Below are positions 49,522 to 63,263 of a stretch of 64,000 nt of DNA, piece by piece (the stretch's first letter is position 1; every line of letters begins with the position of its first letter). The stretch comes from Mobula hypostoma (lineage: Eukaryota): NCBI RefSeq assembly GCF_963921235.1, contig NC_086108.1, positions 14,694,001 to 14,758,000 of the forward strand, read 5' to 3'. The notes beneath the pieces were generated by a model that was not told the DNA's origin, made no database searches, and saw only the letters and a program-made list of their open reading frames with translations. The position numbers and the translations under genes are program-made.

Positions 49522-49628
49522 AGTCGAACACCCATGTTCCAGCGGATGGAAGCTTCCTCTCTACCTCCACAGATCATCTCCAGCTCTAAAGGTCTGCCTT
49601 TTCTGCAGGCAGACAGAGGACCTGACTT
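49522..49628 (+). CDS. CACNA1E: Cav2.3 exon 41 (post-IQ)
   Basis: gcttag acceptor and gtaagt donor; 107 nt; [35 protein letters not shown] plus TT; PMFQRME motif. Confidence 0.92.
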
Positions 49629-50689
49629 GTAAGTTCCATGTGATTGCTGCCCTGCGTCAATCATGGTTTGTGACTCTAGGTGCTAAAATCTGACTGGATG
49701 TTTTTAACTGGTTTCCAATTTCAAAACTAGAGAGATCGAGGCCAACAAAATCTTTAGCACCTAAAGTGGACCATTAAAGCAACAGCGGAGCTTTGTGGAA
49801 GGCCAGCCAGCAGCTGGAGTGTGTGCACGTAGGGCTGAAGTCTGAGTGTGCAGGGGAACAGGTCTTTCACACCAGAATGAGAACAGACCTTTCCCCCACC
49901 AGGTACATCAACAGATTAGTCACAGGTCATGCAGTCTGAGGCCAGAGAGTTAACTGGGGAAACAGGCAGAATTAGAGCATGAATCAGTTCAGGTCAAGGA
50001 CAGCGGCAATGTAAGGGTCAATAAGGGGAACCGAATATAGGAAAGGAGCGACATTGGAGATAAGGGACAGCATAATTATTAAGGACAGCTTCCAGAGAAG
50101 GGAAGAGAAAGGATCAAGGGAAAGAGTGGGACAGAGGGAAGAAGTGGGAATGAGAAAGGGGCAGGATCAAGGGAAGATATGGGATTGAAAAGGTAGTTGC
50201 AGTGAGAAAGAGTGGGATTGAGGAAGAGGTGAAACTGAGGGAAGAGCCATGATCATTAGAATCAAGGAACAAGAGAATTAAGGAAGGGGTAGGATAAAGG
50301 GAACGGATGTTGCAAGATAGAGGCACAACTGAGTTAGGAGATAAGGCATTGAACACACAACCTTCCATGGCCCAGATTGTGGTGAGGGGCCCAGACTGTG
50401 GTGAGAGGCCAAGCACTCTATCAGGCCACAGCCCACGCAGCTTTTAGTAACCCACCAAAAGACCAACAATTTTGGTTCAAAAGCATTAGTCCAGATACTA
50501 AACCTTGGTACAGCACTCAACCCTGTAGTGTTTGCCTATTCCAAGTGGTCTGTATAGGTGCAAATATATTCTGTCCCAAAGCACTGATGTGTATGGTGTA
50601 TAATATCTTACATCTGATGTTTAGTGACCTCTCCAAGTAAGTAGATCAAACAGATTAAGGAGCCGAAAAAAACATGTCAGGAACACTTG

Positions 50690-53600
50690 ACTATACACAA
50701 GGAATTGAATCCCTTCAGCCCATCTAGTTCATGCTGACTGTTATTTTGCCTAGTCCCATGGACCTACATATAGACCATATACCTCCCTTTCATATACTTA
50801 CCCAAACTACTCTTAAAATGTTTAAATCAAATCCTACCCATAGCTTCCACTGACAGCTTGTTCCACACTCTCATGGCCCTCAGAGTGAAGAAGTTGCCCT
50901 TCATATTCCCCTCAAACATTTCACCTTTCACACTCAACCTCTAGTTCTAGTCTTGTGTTTACCCTCTCTATGTCCCTCATAATTTTGTATACCTCTATCA
51001 AATCTCCCCTAATTCCAGGAAATAAATTCCAAACCTATTAAATCTTTCCCTATAATTCAAACTTCAAGTCCAGGCAACATCCTTGTAAATTTTCTCTGTA
51101 CTCTTTCTATCATATTAATATTTTTCCTGAAATTAACTGACCATAACTGGACACAAAACTCCAAATTAGGCCTCACTGCCGCCTTTCACAACTTCAACAT
51201 GACATCCCAACTCCCATACTCAATACTTTAGTCTATGAAGGTCAATGTGCCAAAGTTTTCTTTACAGCCCTATCTACCTGTGAAGCCACAATGAATTATG
51301 GACCTGTATTCCCAGATCCCTCTGTTCTTCTGCAGTCCTCAGTACCCTACAGTTCACTGTGTAAGCCCTACCCTGATTAGAAACATAGAAAACCTGCAGC
51401 ACAATGCAGGCCCTTCGGCCCACAAAGTTGTGCCGAACATGTCCCTACCTTAGAAATTACTAGGCTTACCTATAGCCCTCTATTTCACTAAGCTCCATGT
51501 ACCTATCTAAATGTCTCTTCAAAGACCCTATAGTATCGCCTCCACCACCGTTGCTGGCAGCCGATTCCACACACTTACCACACTCTGAGTAAAAAACTAA
51601 CCCCTGACATCTCTGTACCTACTCCCCTGCACCTTAAACCTGTGTCCTCTTGTGGCAACCATTTCAGCCCTGGGAAAAAGCCTCTGACTATCCACATGAT
51701 CAATGCTTCTGATCATGTTATACACCTCTATCAGGTCACCTCTCATCCTCCGTCGCTCCAAGGAGAAAAGGCCCAGTTCACTCAACCTATTCTCACAAGG
51801 CATGCTCCCCAATCCAGGCAACATCCTTGTAAATCTCCTCTGCACCCTTTCTATGGCTTCCACATCCTTCCTGTAGTGAGGCAACCAGAACTGAGCACAG
51901 TACTTCAAGTGTGGTCTGACCAGGGTCCTATATAGCTGCAACATTACCTCTCGGCTCCTAAATTCAATTCCACAATTGATGAAGGCCAATACACCGTACG
52001 CCTTCTTAACCACAGAGTCAACCTGCGCAGCTGCTTTGAGTGTCCTATGGACTCGGACCCCAAGATCCCTCTGATCCTCCACACTGCCAAGAGTCTAACC
52101 ATTAATACTATATTTTGCCATCATATTTGACCTACCAAAATGAACCACTTCACACTTATCTGGGTTGAACTCCATCTGCCACTTCTCAGCCCAGTTTTGC
52201 ATCCTATCAATGTCCTGCTGTAACCTCTGACAGCCCTCCACACTATCCACAACACCTCCAACCTTTGTGTCATCAGCAAACTTACTAACCCATCCTCATC
52301 CAGGTCATTTATAAAAATCACGAAGAGTAAGGGTCCCAGAACAGATCCCTGAGGTGACCAACCTCCATGCAGAATATGACCCGTCTACAACCACTCTTTG
52401 CCTTCTGTGGGCTAGCCAGTTCTGTCTCCACAAAGCAATGTCCTCTTGCATCTCTTGCCTCTTTACTTTCTCAATAAGCCTTGCATGGGGTACTTTATCA
52501 AATGCCTTGCTGAAATCCATATACACTACATCTACTGCTCTTCCTTCATCAATGTGTTTAGTCACATCCTCAAAAAATTCAATCAGGCTCGTAAGGCACG
52601 ACCTGCCCTTGACAAAGCCATGCTGACTACTCCTAATCATATTATACCTCTCCAAATGTTCATAAATCCTGCCTCTTGGGATCTTCACCATCAACTTACC
52701 AACCACTAAGGTAAGACTCACTGGTCTATAATTTCCTGGGCTATCTCTACTCCCTTTCTTGAATAAAGGAACAACACCCGCAACCCTCCAATCCTCCGGA
52801 ACATCTCCCGTCCCCATTGATGATGCAAAGATCATTGCCAGAGACTCAGCAATCTCTTCCCTCACTTCCCACAGTAGCCTGGGGTACATCTCATTGAGTC
52901 CCGGCAACTTATCCAACTTGATGCTTTCCAAAAGCTCCAGCACATCCTCTTTCTTAATATCTACATGTTCAAGCTTTTCAGTCTGCTGAAAGTCATCTCT
53001 ACAATCACCAAGATCCTTTTCCATAGTGAATACTGAAGTAAAGTATTCATTAAGTACCTCTGTTATTTCCTCTGGTTCCATACACACTTTTCCACTGTCA
53101 CATTTGATAGGTCCTATTCTTTCATGTCTTATCCTCTTGCTCTTCATATACTTGCAGAATGCCTTGGGGTTTTCCTTGATCTTGCCCCCTAAGGTCTTTT
53201 CATGGCCCCTTCTGGCTCTCCTAATTTCCTTCTTAAACTCCTTCCTATTGGCCTTATAATCTGATAGATCCCTAACATTACCTAGCTCTCTGAACCTTTT
53301 GTAAGCTTTTCTTTTCTTCTTGACTAGATTTATTCCAGCCTTTGTACACCACGGTTCCTGTACCCTACCATCACTTTGACTGGTCCTACCAAAGTGCAAA
53401 AATACACTTGTCTGTATTAATTTCCATCTGCCACTTTTCAACCCATTTTTTCAACTGATGGAGATCCCTCTGCAAGCCATGATAGCCTTCCTCACTGTGC
53501 ATTACACCCCCAGTCTAGGTGTCATCAGCAAATCTGCAGTTCCAGTTAACCACATTATCATCCAGATCATTGACGTAGATGACAAACAACAAAGGACCCA

Positions 53601-54200
53601 GCACCGATCCCAGCAGCACTCCACTAGTTACAGGCCTCCAGTCAGACAGGCAACCGTCTACTACCACTCTCTGATTTCTTCCACAAAGCCAATGTCTAAT
53701 CCAATTTACTACCTCATCTTGAATGCCAAGCAACTGAACCTTCTTGACCAGCCTCCCATGTGGGACCTTGTCAAATGCCTTGCTAAAGTCTGTGTAGACA
53801 ACATCTACTGCCTTGCCTTCATCTGTTTTCCTGGAGTTTTGAAAAAACTCCATAAGATTGGATAGACATCACCTACCACACACAAAGCCATACTGACTAT
53901 CTAAATACTTATATATCTGGTCCCTTAGAATACCTTTCAATAACTTTCCCACAGCTGATATCATACCTATGGGCCTATCATTTCTTGGTTTATTTTTAGA
54001 GCCTTTTTTAAATAGCAGAACAACATCCTCGAATCCTCTGGTACCTCTCCTGTCGTGAAAGATGTTTTAAATATCTCTGCAAGGGCCCTGGCAATTTCTG
54101 CACTTGCCTCTTGTAGCATCCTGTCTTTAGACAGCTGTGGACCCTATCCGAGACATCCCTGACACTGGCACCTGAGAGGCAACATGCCTCTTTCATGAAA
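50690..54200 (-). mobile_element. Older CR1 host element, split by the young copy at 51379-53376
   Basis: ccctaccctga..tggtcctaccaaagtgc continuity across the insert; [11 protein letters not shown] and RFADDT. Confidence 0.8.
51379..53376 (-). mobile_element. Young 5'-truncated CR1 LINE (about 2 kb)
   Basis: ORFs 52305-53441 and 51597-52082 carry RT motifs; tail at 51379; same subfamily as 2972-4173. Confidence 0.95.
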
Positions 54201-55534
54201 GGTGTCTCTTTCATGTCCACAGAATCTGTTGTCTGCTCCCCTGTCTATTGAATCCCACCACTGCAGTCAGATTCTCCCTTCTTCCTTTCGGAGCCAGACA
54301 GAGTCTCAGTGCCAGAGACCTGGATTGCAGGGACTTTCCTCTCTACCTCCCAACAGCATCCAAAGTGGCTACTTGTTAATGAGAGAATCAGCCACAGGAG
54401 TATCCAGAAGTGATTGCCCATTCCCTTTCCTCTCCTGAAGAACTTGTGTCCTGCACCTTAGCTCTAACTACAAACCTCTGAAAGATTTTTACACAGCAGG
54501 CAGGAGGATCCTGAACAAGGAGACATAGCTAGAAGGGTCTGAAGGGATATGCCCCAGGTTTATTGAGGGAGGCAAGAGATAAGATTGCTGGGTCATTGGC
54601 CAATATCTTTGTGTCCTCTCTAACCAGATGCAAGGTCCCAGGGGACTGGTGAGTAGCTAATATTGTTCCATTATTCAAGAAGGCAACCAGGGATCATCCT
54701 GGAAACTATAGACTGGTGAGTCTCATGTCAGGGTAAGAAAGTTACTGGAGAGAATTCTTAAGGTTAATATTGATGAGTATATGGAAAACCATAGCCTAAT
54801 TAAGGAGAACTAGCATAGCTTTGTGCAGAGTAAGTCGCGTCTTACTAACTTGGTTGCATTTTTTGATGAGATGACAAGGGTGACTGATGAAGATAGAACA
54901 GTGGAAGTTGTCTACATGGATTTTAGTAAGGCTTTCGACAAGGTCCCTCATGGGAGGCTCATCCAGAAGATTAAGGTGAATGGGATTTATGATGGATTGG
55001 CCGTTTGCATTCAAAACTGGCTTGCCTATAGAAGATATTCGTTGTTGAAGGGAATTATTCTAGCTGGAGGTCTGTGATTCGTGGTGTTCCGCAGAGATCT
55101 GTATTGGGACCTCTGATGTTTCTGATATATATAACTGACCTGGATGAAAATGTTGAGGGGTGGGTGAGTAGATCAGTGGGAGATATGGGCAGAGAAATTG
55201 CAATGGAGTTTAACCCAGTCAAATGTGAAGTCAAATGCAAAGAGACGGTACACTGTTAGTGACAAGACCCTTAACAGTGTAGATGAGCAGAGGGACCTTG
55301 GGGTCCAAGTTCATAGCTCCCTCAAAGCGGCTATACAGGTTGATAGGGTGATTACGAAGGCATATGGCATGCCTGCTTTTATTAGTTGATGCACTGAGTT
55401 CAAAAGTCAGCAAGTTATGTTGCAGTTTTATAAAACTCCAGTTAGGCTACATTTGGGGTATTGCGAATAGGTCTGGTCACCCTATTATAAGAAGGACGTT
55501 GAAGCTTTGGAGAGGGTGCAGAAGAGGTCTACCA

Positions 55535-56855
55535 CAGCTAATGGACTACTCCTTTTCCCACCCTGTCCCTTGCAAAAATGCCATCCTTTTCTCGCAATTC
55601 CTCCATCTCCACCGCATCTGCTGTCAGGATGAGGCTATTCATTCCAGGACGAAGGAGATGTCCTCCTTTTTTAAAGAAAGGGGCTTCCCTTCCTCCACCA
55701 TCAATTCTGCTTTCAAATGCATCTCCCCCATTTCACGCACATCTGCTCTCACCCCAGCCTCCCGCCACCCCACTAGGAATAGGGTTCCCCTTGTCCTCAT
55801 CTACCACCCCACCAGCCTCTGGGTCCAACATATAATTCTCCATAACTTCAGCCACCTCTAAAGGGATCCCACCACTAAGCACACCTTTCCCTCCCACCCC
55901 CCCCCCCCCGCTTTCCGCAGGGATCGCTCCCTACACGATTCCCTTGTCCATTCGGTCCCCCCCATCCATCCCCACTGATCTCCCTCCTGGCACTTATCCT
56001 TGTAAGCAGAACAAGTGCTATACATACCCTTACACTTCCTCCCTTACCACCATTCAGGGCCCCAGACAGTCCTTCCAGGTGAGGCGACACTTCACCTGTG
56101 AGTCAGCTGGGGTGATATACTGCTTCCAGTGCTCCCGATGCGGCCTTCTATATATTGGCGAGACCCAACGCAGACTGGGAGATAGTTTTGCTAAACACCT
56201 ACGCTCTGTTCACCAGAGAAAGCAGGATCTCCCAGTGGGCACACATTTTAATTCCACATCCCATTCCCATTCTGATATGTCTATCCACGGCCTCCTCTAC
56301 TGTCAAGATGAAGCCACACTCAGGTTGCAGGAACAACACCTTATATTCCATCTGGGTAGCCTCCAATCTGATGGCATGAACATTGACTTCTCAAACTTCC
56401 ACTAATGCCCCACCTCCCCTTCATACCCCATCTCTCATTTATTTATTTATTATCACCCCCTTTTTTTCTCTCTCTCTTTTTTTCTCCCTCTGTCCCTCTC
56501 ACTATAACTCCTTGCCTGCTCTCCATCCTCTGGGCTGCCCTCCCACTTTCTTTCTCCCCAGGCCTCCCGTCCCAGGATCCTCTCCCTTCTCCAGCTTCGT
56601 ATCCCTTTTGCCAATCAACTTTCCAGCTCTTGGCTCCATCCCTCCCCCTCCTGTCTTCTCCTATCATTTTGGATCTCCCCCTCCCCCTCCCACTTTCAAA
56701 TCTCTTACTAACTCTTTCTTCAGTTAGTCCTGACGAAGGGTCTCGGCCCGAGACGTCGACTGTACCTCTTCCTAGAGATGCTGCCTGGCCTGCTGCATTC
56801 ACCAGCATTTTTTGTGTGTGTTGCTTGAATTTCCAGCCTCTGCAGATTTCCTCGT
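55535..56855 (+). mobile_element. Young 5'-truncated Neptune-type PLE (thumb, Cys linker, GIY-YIG, 3' repeat)
   Basis: GTYPCKQNKCYT..GVIYCFQCSRCGLLYIGETQRRLGDSFAKH..THFNSTSH; TSD GT(C/T)TACCA at 55527-55534 and 56856-56863. Confidence 0.95.
56725..56762 (+). ncRNA. Hammerhead motif with a core mutation (GAAA>GAGA), probably inactive
   Basis: tagtc-ctgacga-a-gggtctcggccc-gaga-cgtc|gactg. Confidence 0.65.
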
Positions 56856-59479
56856 GTTTACCAGGACACTGCTGGATTAGAGAGAATGTGCTACAATGAG
56901 AGGCTGGACAAATTTAGGTTGTCTCTCTGAAGCGGTGGAGGCTGAGGGGAGTTCGGATAGAGATTTATAAGATTATGCAAAGCATAGATAGAATAGACAG
57001 ACTTTTATTTCCCGGGGCTGAAATGTCAAATGCCAGAGGGCATGTATTTAAGATGAGAAGAAATAAATTCAAAGGAAATGTGAGGGGCAAGGTTTTTTCA
57101 CACAGAAAGTGGTGGGTGCCTGGTATGCACTGCCTGGGGAGGTGGTAGAGCAGATACATTAGAGATTTTTAAGAGATGTTTAGATAGGCACTTGAATGTT
57201 AAGGAAATAGAAGCATATTGGCATTGTGTTGGCAGAAGAGATTAGTTTAAATAGCCATCTGATTTTAATTTCATTGGTTCAGCACAACATTGTGGGCCAA
57301 AGGGTCTGTACCTGTCCTGTACTGCTCCATGTTATGAGATATAATCTGAGTTTAAAAAAGGGCAATACATCAGGGAAGAGGAAGGTTACCCGGACACTGT
57401 GTTTCAGGAAGCAATCGCACCCATTTGACCAGGGACGAGAGAGTATAACTACAATTGCAAGTGAGGCAGGCAGTGGGATCCCAAAGGTAGAGCCTCAGCC
57501 CTTGAACTTGCCTAACCAGTTGCTACCTGTGAGGATGAGCTACAGAACTGCAGTACCATGGTTCATGGAGCCAGTCAAGAGGGAGGAGAGAAGAGGAATG
57601 TAGCCTTGATGGGGGTTTGTATAGTCAGGGAAATAGACACAGTTCTCAGTGACAAGGATCGAGAGTCCTGTAAGCTGTGTGTCTTGGGTTCAGGGCATCT
57701 CACCTGACCTGCAGACCAATATGGAGTGGGAGGGGAGAAATCCAGTTGCCGTGGTCCACGTGGGCACCAACAACATAGGAAAGAGGTTTCTGCTGAGGGA
57801 ATTTGAGCAGCTAGGGGTTAAATTAAAATGCAGAACTAAAAGGTAATAATCTCTTACCTGTGCCACATGCAAATTGGCAAAAGTTTAATTGGATCAGAGA
57901 GCTAAATGGGTGGCTCAAAGATTGAAGTGGGAGAAGTCGATTTGAATTCGCGGGGCATTGGCATCAGTATTGGGAAAGGAGGGAGCTGTTCTGATGCGAT
58001 GAGCTCCACCTGAACCGTACTGGGACCAGGGTCCTGGTGAATCACACGCTATAATCAAGCTACAGATAAGGCTTTAGGAGGGTGGTTTCAAAAGTGAGGG
58101 TAAAGTAAAAAGGAAGGAGAGTGCAGGAGAGGTTACAAAATTTTCCAGAATAAAGAAAAAAGCAAAAACTTTGGAAAGGAATAAAAATTTAACTACTGGT
58201 AACATGGGGAAAAATTTAAAAGGGCAATGAATACAGGAGTGAAGGTGTTCTATTTGAATGCACGCAGTATGTGGAATAAGGGAGATGATCTTGTAACACA
58301 GTTAAAAATTGGCAAGCATGACATTGGGGTCCTCAGTGAGTCGTGGCTGAAAGAAGATCACAGTTGGAAAAGACAGGCAGATAGGCAGAGGGGATGAGGT
58401 GGCTTTGTTGGTAAAAAAATAAAATAAAATCGTTAAAGCTGACACAGGACATAGATGTAGAAACCTTGAGAGCAGAGTTAAGACATTGCAAAAGTAAAAA
58501 ACAAACTTGATGGGAGTTATATACAGGCCTCCAAACTACAGGCCAGATGTGGGGTACAAATTACAGTGGGATATAGAAACGGTATGTAAAAAGGTAATGT
58601 TATGATGGTCATGGGAGATTTCGATATGCAGGTGGATTTGGGAAAATCAGGTTTGTTCTGGATCCCAAGAGAAAGAATTTATAGAATGCCTATGAGATGA
58701 CTTTTTAGAACAGCTCGTGGTTGAGCCCACCAAGGGATCATCAATTCTGGATTGGATGTTGTTTAATGAACCTAATATGATTAAGGTGCTTAAGGTAAAA
58801 TAATAGAGTTCACACTGCAGTTTGAGAGGGAGAAGCTAAAATCAAATGTATCAGCATTCTGGTGGAGTAAAAGGATTTACAGAAGCATGAGAGAGGAGCT
58901 AACCAAAGTTGATTGGAAGGGGCCCTTAGAAGAGATGATGGCAGAGCACCAATGGCTAGAGATTTCAGGGAGCAATTTGGAAGGCTCAGGCTAGATTAAT
59001 CACTAAGAAGAATAATTCTAAAGGGAGAGTAAGGCAAACACAGCTCATAAAGAAAGTAAAGAACAGCGTAAAAGCAAAAGAGAGGGCAGATAATATCACA
59101 AAAACAGTGGGAACCTAGAAGACTGGGAAACTTTTAAAAACCAACAGAAGGCAACTCAAAACAGCAACAAGGAGAGAAAAAATTAAATATGAATGTAAGC
59201 TAGCTAATAATATACAAGAGCATACCATACATTTTTTTAGATATATAAAGAGTGGATATCGGAATAGTATCACTGTAGAAGACACCAGCTGTATGCTAGA
59301 AATTGGTGCATATCATGGGGCATAAGTGAGTATATTCACTATTACTAAAGAGAAGGGGTTTGGGAAACTGAAAGCTCTGAAGTTAGATAAGTCACCTGGA
59401 CCTAAAGGACTACAACCCAGTGTTCTGAAAGAGGTAACCGAAGAGATTTGATGGCATTAGTAATGATCTTCCAAGAATT

Positions 59480-60925
59480 CACAAACAAGAGAACATCTGC
59501 AGATGCTGGAAATCCAAGCAACACACACAAAATGCTGAGGGATCTCAGCAGGCCAGGCAGCATCTATGGAAAAAGGTACAGTGGCTGTTTCAGGCCAAAA
59601 CCGCTTTAAGGACTGGAGAAAAAAAAACTGAGGAGTAGATTAAAAAGATGGGGGGAGGAGAGAGAGACACACCAGATACTAAGTGAAACCTGTTGGGGGG
59701 GGTTATAAAATAAAGAGCTGGGAAGTTGATTGGTGAAAGAGACAGAAGGTCATGGAAGAAAGAAAAGGGGTGAGGAGCACCAGAGGGAGGTGATGGGTGG
59801 GCAAGGAGATAAGGGGAGAGGGAAAAGGGGATGGGAAATGATGAAGGGGGGATGGGGGTGGAGGCATTTCAGGAAGTTTGAGAAATTGGTGTTTAAGCCA
59901 TCAGGTTGGAGGCTACCCAAACGGAATATAAGGTGTTGTTGTTCCAGCCTACGCAACTCTTCCATTCAACACACATATGCTTTTACCCCATCCTCTCACC
60001 ACCCTACCAGGGTGTCCACACCCACCACCCCACCAGCCTCTGCATTCAGCACATAGTTCTCCGAAACTTCCACCACCTCAAACGGGATCCCACCAGCAAG
60101 CACACCTTTCTCTCCCCTCCCCGCCCTCCAGCTTTCTGCTTTCCTCAGGGATCCTACGTGACTACTTTGTCCCTTCATCCCTCTCCAGCAGTCTCCTTAC
60201 TAGCACTTGCAAGCAGAACAAGTGCTACACCTGCCCAACACCTCCTCCCTCACTACCATTCAGGGCCCTAAGCAGTCCTTCCAGGTGAGGCAATACTTCA
60301 CCTGTGAGTCAGTTGGGGTCATTTACTGTGTTTGGTGCTCCCAATGTGGCCTCCTGTACATCAGTGAGACCCGATGTAGATTGGGAGGCTACTGCATCTG
60401 CCAGAACAAGTGGAATCTCCCAGTGACCACCGATTTTAACTCCACTTCCCATTCCCATTCCGATATGTCCATCCATGGCCTCCTCTACTGTCATGATGAG
60501 GCCACACTTAGGTTGGAGGAACAACACCTTATATTCCGTTTGGGTAGCCTCCTGATGGCATGAACTTCGATTCCTCAAACTTCCTGTAATGCCCCCCACC
60601 TTCACCATTTCCCATCCCCTTTACTCTCTCTCATCTTATCTCCTTGCTGCTCATCACCTCCCTCTGGTGCTCCTCCCCCCGTTTTTCTTTCTTCCATGGC
60701 CTTCTGTCTCTTTTACCAATCAACTTCCCAGCTCTTTACTTTATTCCCACCCCCCTCTAGGTTTACCTACCACCTGGTGGTTCTCTCTACCCTCCCCCCA
60801 CCTTTTTAAAATACCCCTCAGCTTTATTTCTCTAGTCCTCCCAAAGGGTTTTGGCCCGAAACATCGACTGTACTTTTTTCCATATATGCTGCCAGGCCTG
60901 CTGAGTTCCTTCAGCATTTTGTGTG
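59480..60925. mobile_element. PLE fragment with an inverted (tail-out) terminal repeat, older subfamily
   Basis: 16-bp TSD TGATCTT(C/T)CAAGAATT (59464-59479, 60926-60941); - arm to about 59950; + arm with CKQNKCYTCP and GIY-YIG. Confidence 0.9.
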
Positions 60926-61078
60926 TGATCTTTCAAGAATTACTTGATTCATGAATGCTTATGGAGGACTGGAAAATTTAAAATGTCATTCCACTCCATA
61001 ACAAGGGAGGGAGCCAAAAGTCAGGCTATTATAGACCAGTTAGTCCTGACTTCAATGGTTGGGTAGATATTGGAGTCC

Positions 61079-61082
<4 letters not shown>

Positions 61083-61110
<28 letters not shown>

Positions 61111-62650
61111 GAGGCCTTGACCCTGCCTTGTGCACCTGGATCCTGGGCTTCCTGTCAGATCAGCAGCAGGTTGTAAGAGTGGGGTCCCTCACCTCCACCC
61201 CTCCAACACTCTACAGGAGCCCCTCAGGGCTGTGTACTGAGTCCCCTCCGTTACTCCCTGTATACCCATGACTGTGTCGCCACCCACAGCTCCAATCTGC
61301 TAATTAAATTTGCCAACAACACTACATTGATTGGTCTTATCTCAAACAATAGCAAGGTGGCCTACAGGGAAGAAGTAATCTCTCTGACACAGAGGTATCA
61401 AGAAAACAACCTCTCCCTCAATGCAGCAAAAACAAAGTAGCTGGTTGTGGATTACAGGAAGAATGGAGACAGGCTAACCCCTATTTGACACATCAATTGA
61501 TCTGGGGTTGAGAGGGTAAACAGTTTAAGTTCATCAGCATCCACATCACCGAGGACCTCACGTGGTCTGTATACACCAGCTGTGTGGTGAAAAAGGCACA
61601 ACAGCAGCTCTTTCACCTCAGACAGTTGAGGAAGTTTGGTACAGGCCCCCAAATCCTAAGAAATTTCTACAGGGGCACAATTGAGAGCATCCTGACTGGC
61701 TGCATCACTGCCTGGTAGGGAACTGTACCTCCCTTAATCGCAGGACTCTGCAGAGAGTGGTGCAGACAGCCCAGCGCATCTGCAGTTGTGAACTTCACAT
61801 GATTCAGAACATTTACAAGGACAGGTGTGTAAAAAGGGCCCATAGGATGATTGGGGACCCAAGTCACTCCAACCACAATCTATCCCAGCTGCTACCATCT
61901 GGGAAATGGTACCACAGCATAAAAGCCAGGACCAACAGGCTCTGGGACAGCTTCTTCCACTAGGCCATCAGTCTGATTAACTCACGCTGATTTGAGTGTA
62001 TTTCTATTTTACATTGACTGTTCTATTTATTATAAATTACTATGATTGCACATTTAGACGGAGACGTAAAGTAAAGATTTTTACACCTCGTATGTGAAAG
62101 ATGTAAGAAATGAAGTCAATTCAATACAGGTATAGTGCAGAATAGTCCTTTCTGGCCCTTAAAGCCATGCCACCAGCAAACCCAGTTTAACCCTAGCCTG
62201 GTCACAGGGCAATTTATAATGGCTAATTAGCATACTGACCGGTGTGTCTTCGGAAGGGGGAGGAAACCCACACATTTCATGGAAACGCCTTCCATAGGAC
62301 ACAGCTTTAAGGTGCTTGGAAGTAGTTACAAAGGGGATGTCAGTGTTAAGTTTTTTGCGCAGAGAGTGAGTGGTGAGTGCATGGAATGGGCTGCTGGCGA
62401 GAGTGGTGGAGGCGGATACGATAGGGTCCTTTAAGAGACTCTTGGATAGGTACATGGAGCTTAGAAAAATAGAGGACTATGGGTAACCCTAGATAATTTC
62501 TAAAGTAAGTACATGTTTGGTACAGCATTGTGGGCCAAAGGGCCTGTATTGTGCTGTAGGTTTTCTATGTTTCTAGGACGGCAAAATTGAACTCTGAACT
62601 CCAAAGCCCCAACCTGGAATAACATCGCGTTATGCTACCGTAGCATCCCA
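61083..62650 (-). mobile_element. V-SINE/HE1-like SINE with a (TAAA)n tail, split by Rex1 and by a CR1 tail (62297-62575)
   Basis: (TTTA)n at 61083-61110 continues at 62125 with the SINE body; the CR1 tail is flanked by TAGGAC. Confidence 0.7.
61113..62124 (+). mobile_element. 5'-truncated Rex1/Babar LINE
   Basis: CTWILGFL..TGAPQGCVLSP..YTHDC..IKFANNTT..IESILTGCITAW..LLPSGKWYHSIKARTNRLWDSFF; caattcaat tail. Confidence 0.9.
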
Positions 62651-62656
62651 GGATTA

Positions 62657-63263
62657 TTAGATTAGATTTAGATTATGAGGACACGCAGTCCTCTTTTATT
62701 GTCATTTAGTAATACATGCATTAAGAAATGATACAATGTTTTTCCAGAATGATATCACAGAAACACTTGACAAACCGACTTAAAAACTGACAAAAACCAC
62801 ATAACATAAACATAGTTACAACAGTGCAAAGCAATACCGTAATTTGATAAGAACAGACCAGGTCACGCAGACGGTGAACCTCCAGCCCACAAACTTGCCG
62901 ATGCAGCATCCTGGAAGCATCCAACCACAGTCCGACTCCGAGTCTGTCCGAAAACTCCGAGCCTCCGATCAACTCTCCGACACTGAGCACCAAGCACCAT
63001 CTCTGCCGAGCGCTTCAACCCCGGCCCCAGCAACAGGCAATATGCAAAGCCAAGGATTTGGGGCCTTCCCCTCCGGAGATTCTCAATCGCACAGTAGCAG
63101 CGGCAGCGAAGCGGGCATTTCAAAAGTTTCTCCAGGTGTTCCTCCGTGCTTCTTACGGCTGTCTCCATCAAATCAGGATTGTGCACGGCATCCTAGTTCA
63201 CAAATACGATATCATTCGGAACGGCCGCGTGCGCTGCGTCGCGCCACCTTCTCCTCCCTCCTG
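62657..63263 (-). mobile_element. Unclassified 0.6-kb non-autonomous retroelement with an (AATCT)n tail and a CpG-rich 5' part
   Basis: (ATTAG)n at 62657-62675, aataaa on the - strand, CpG-rich 62870-63245, TATTA at both flanks. Confidence 0.65.

Larger units (their letters stand above)
54490..57335 (+). mobile_element. CR1 LINE split by a PLE
   Basis: RT motifs; ERVQKR..T|RTLL continuity across 55535-56855. Confidence 0.85.
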
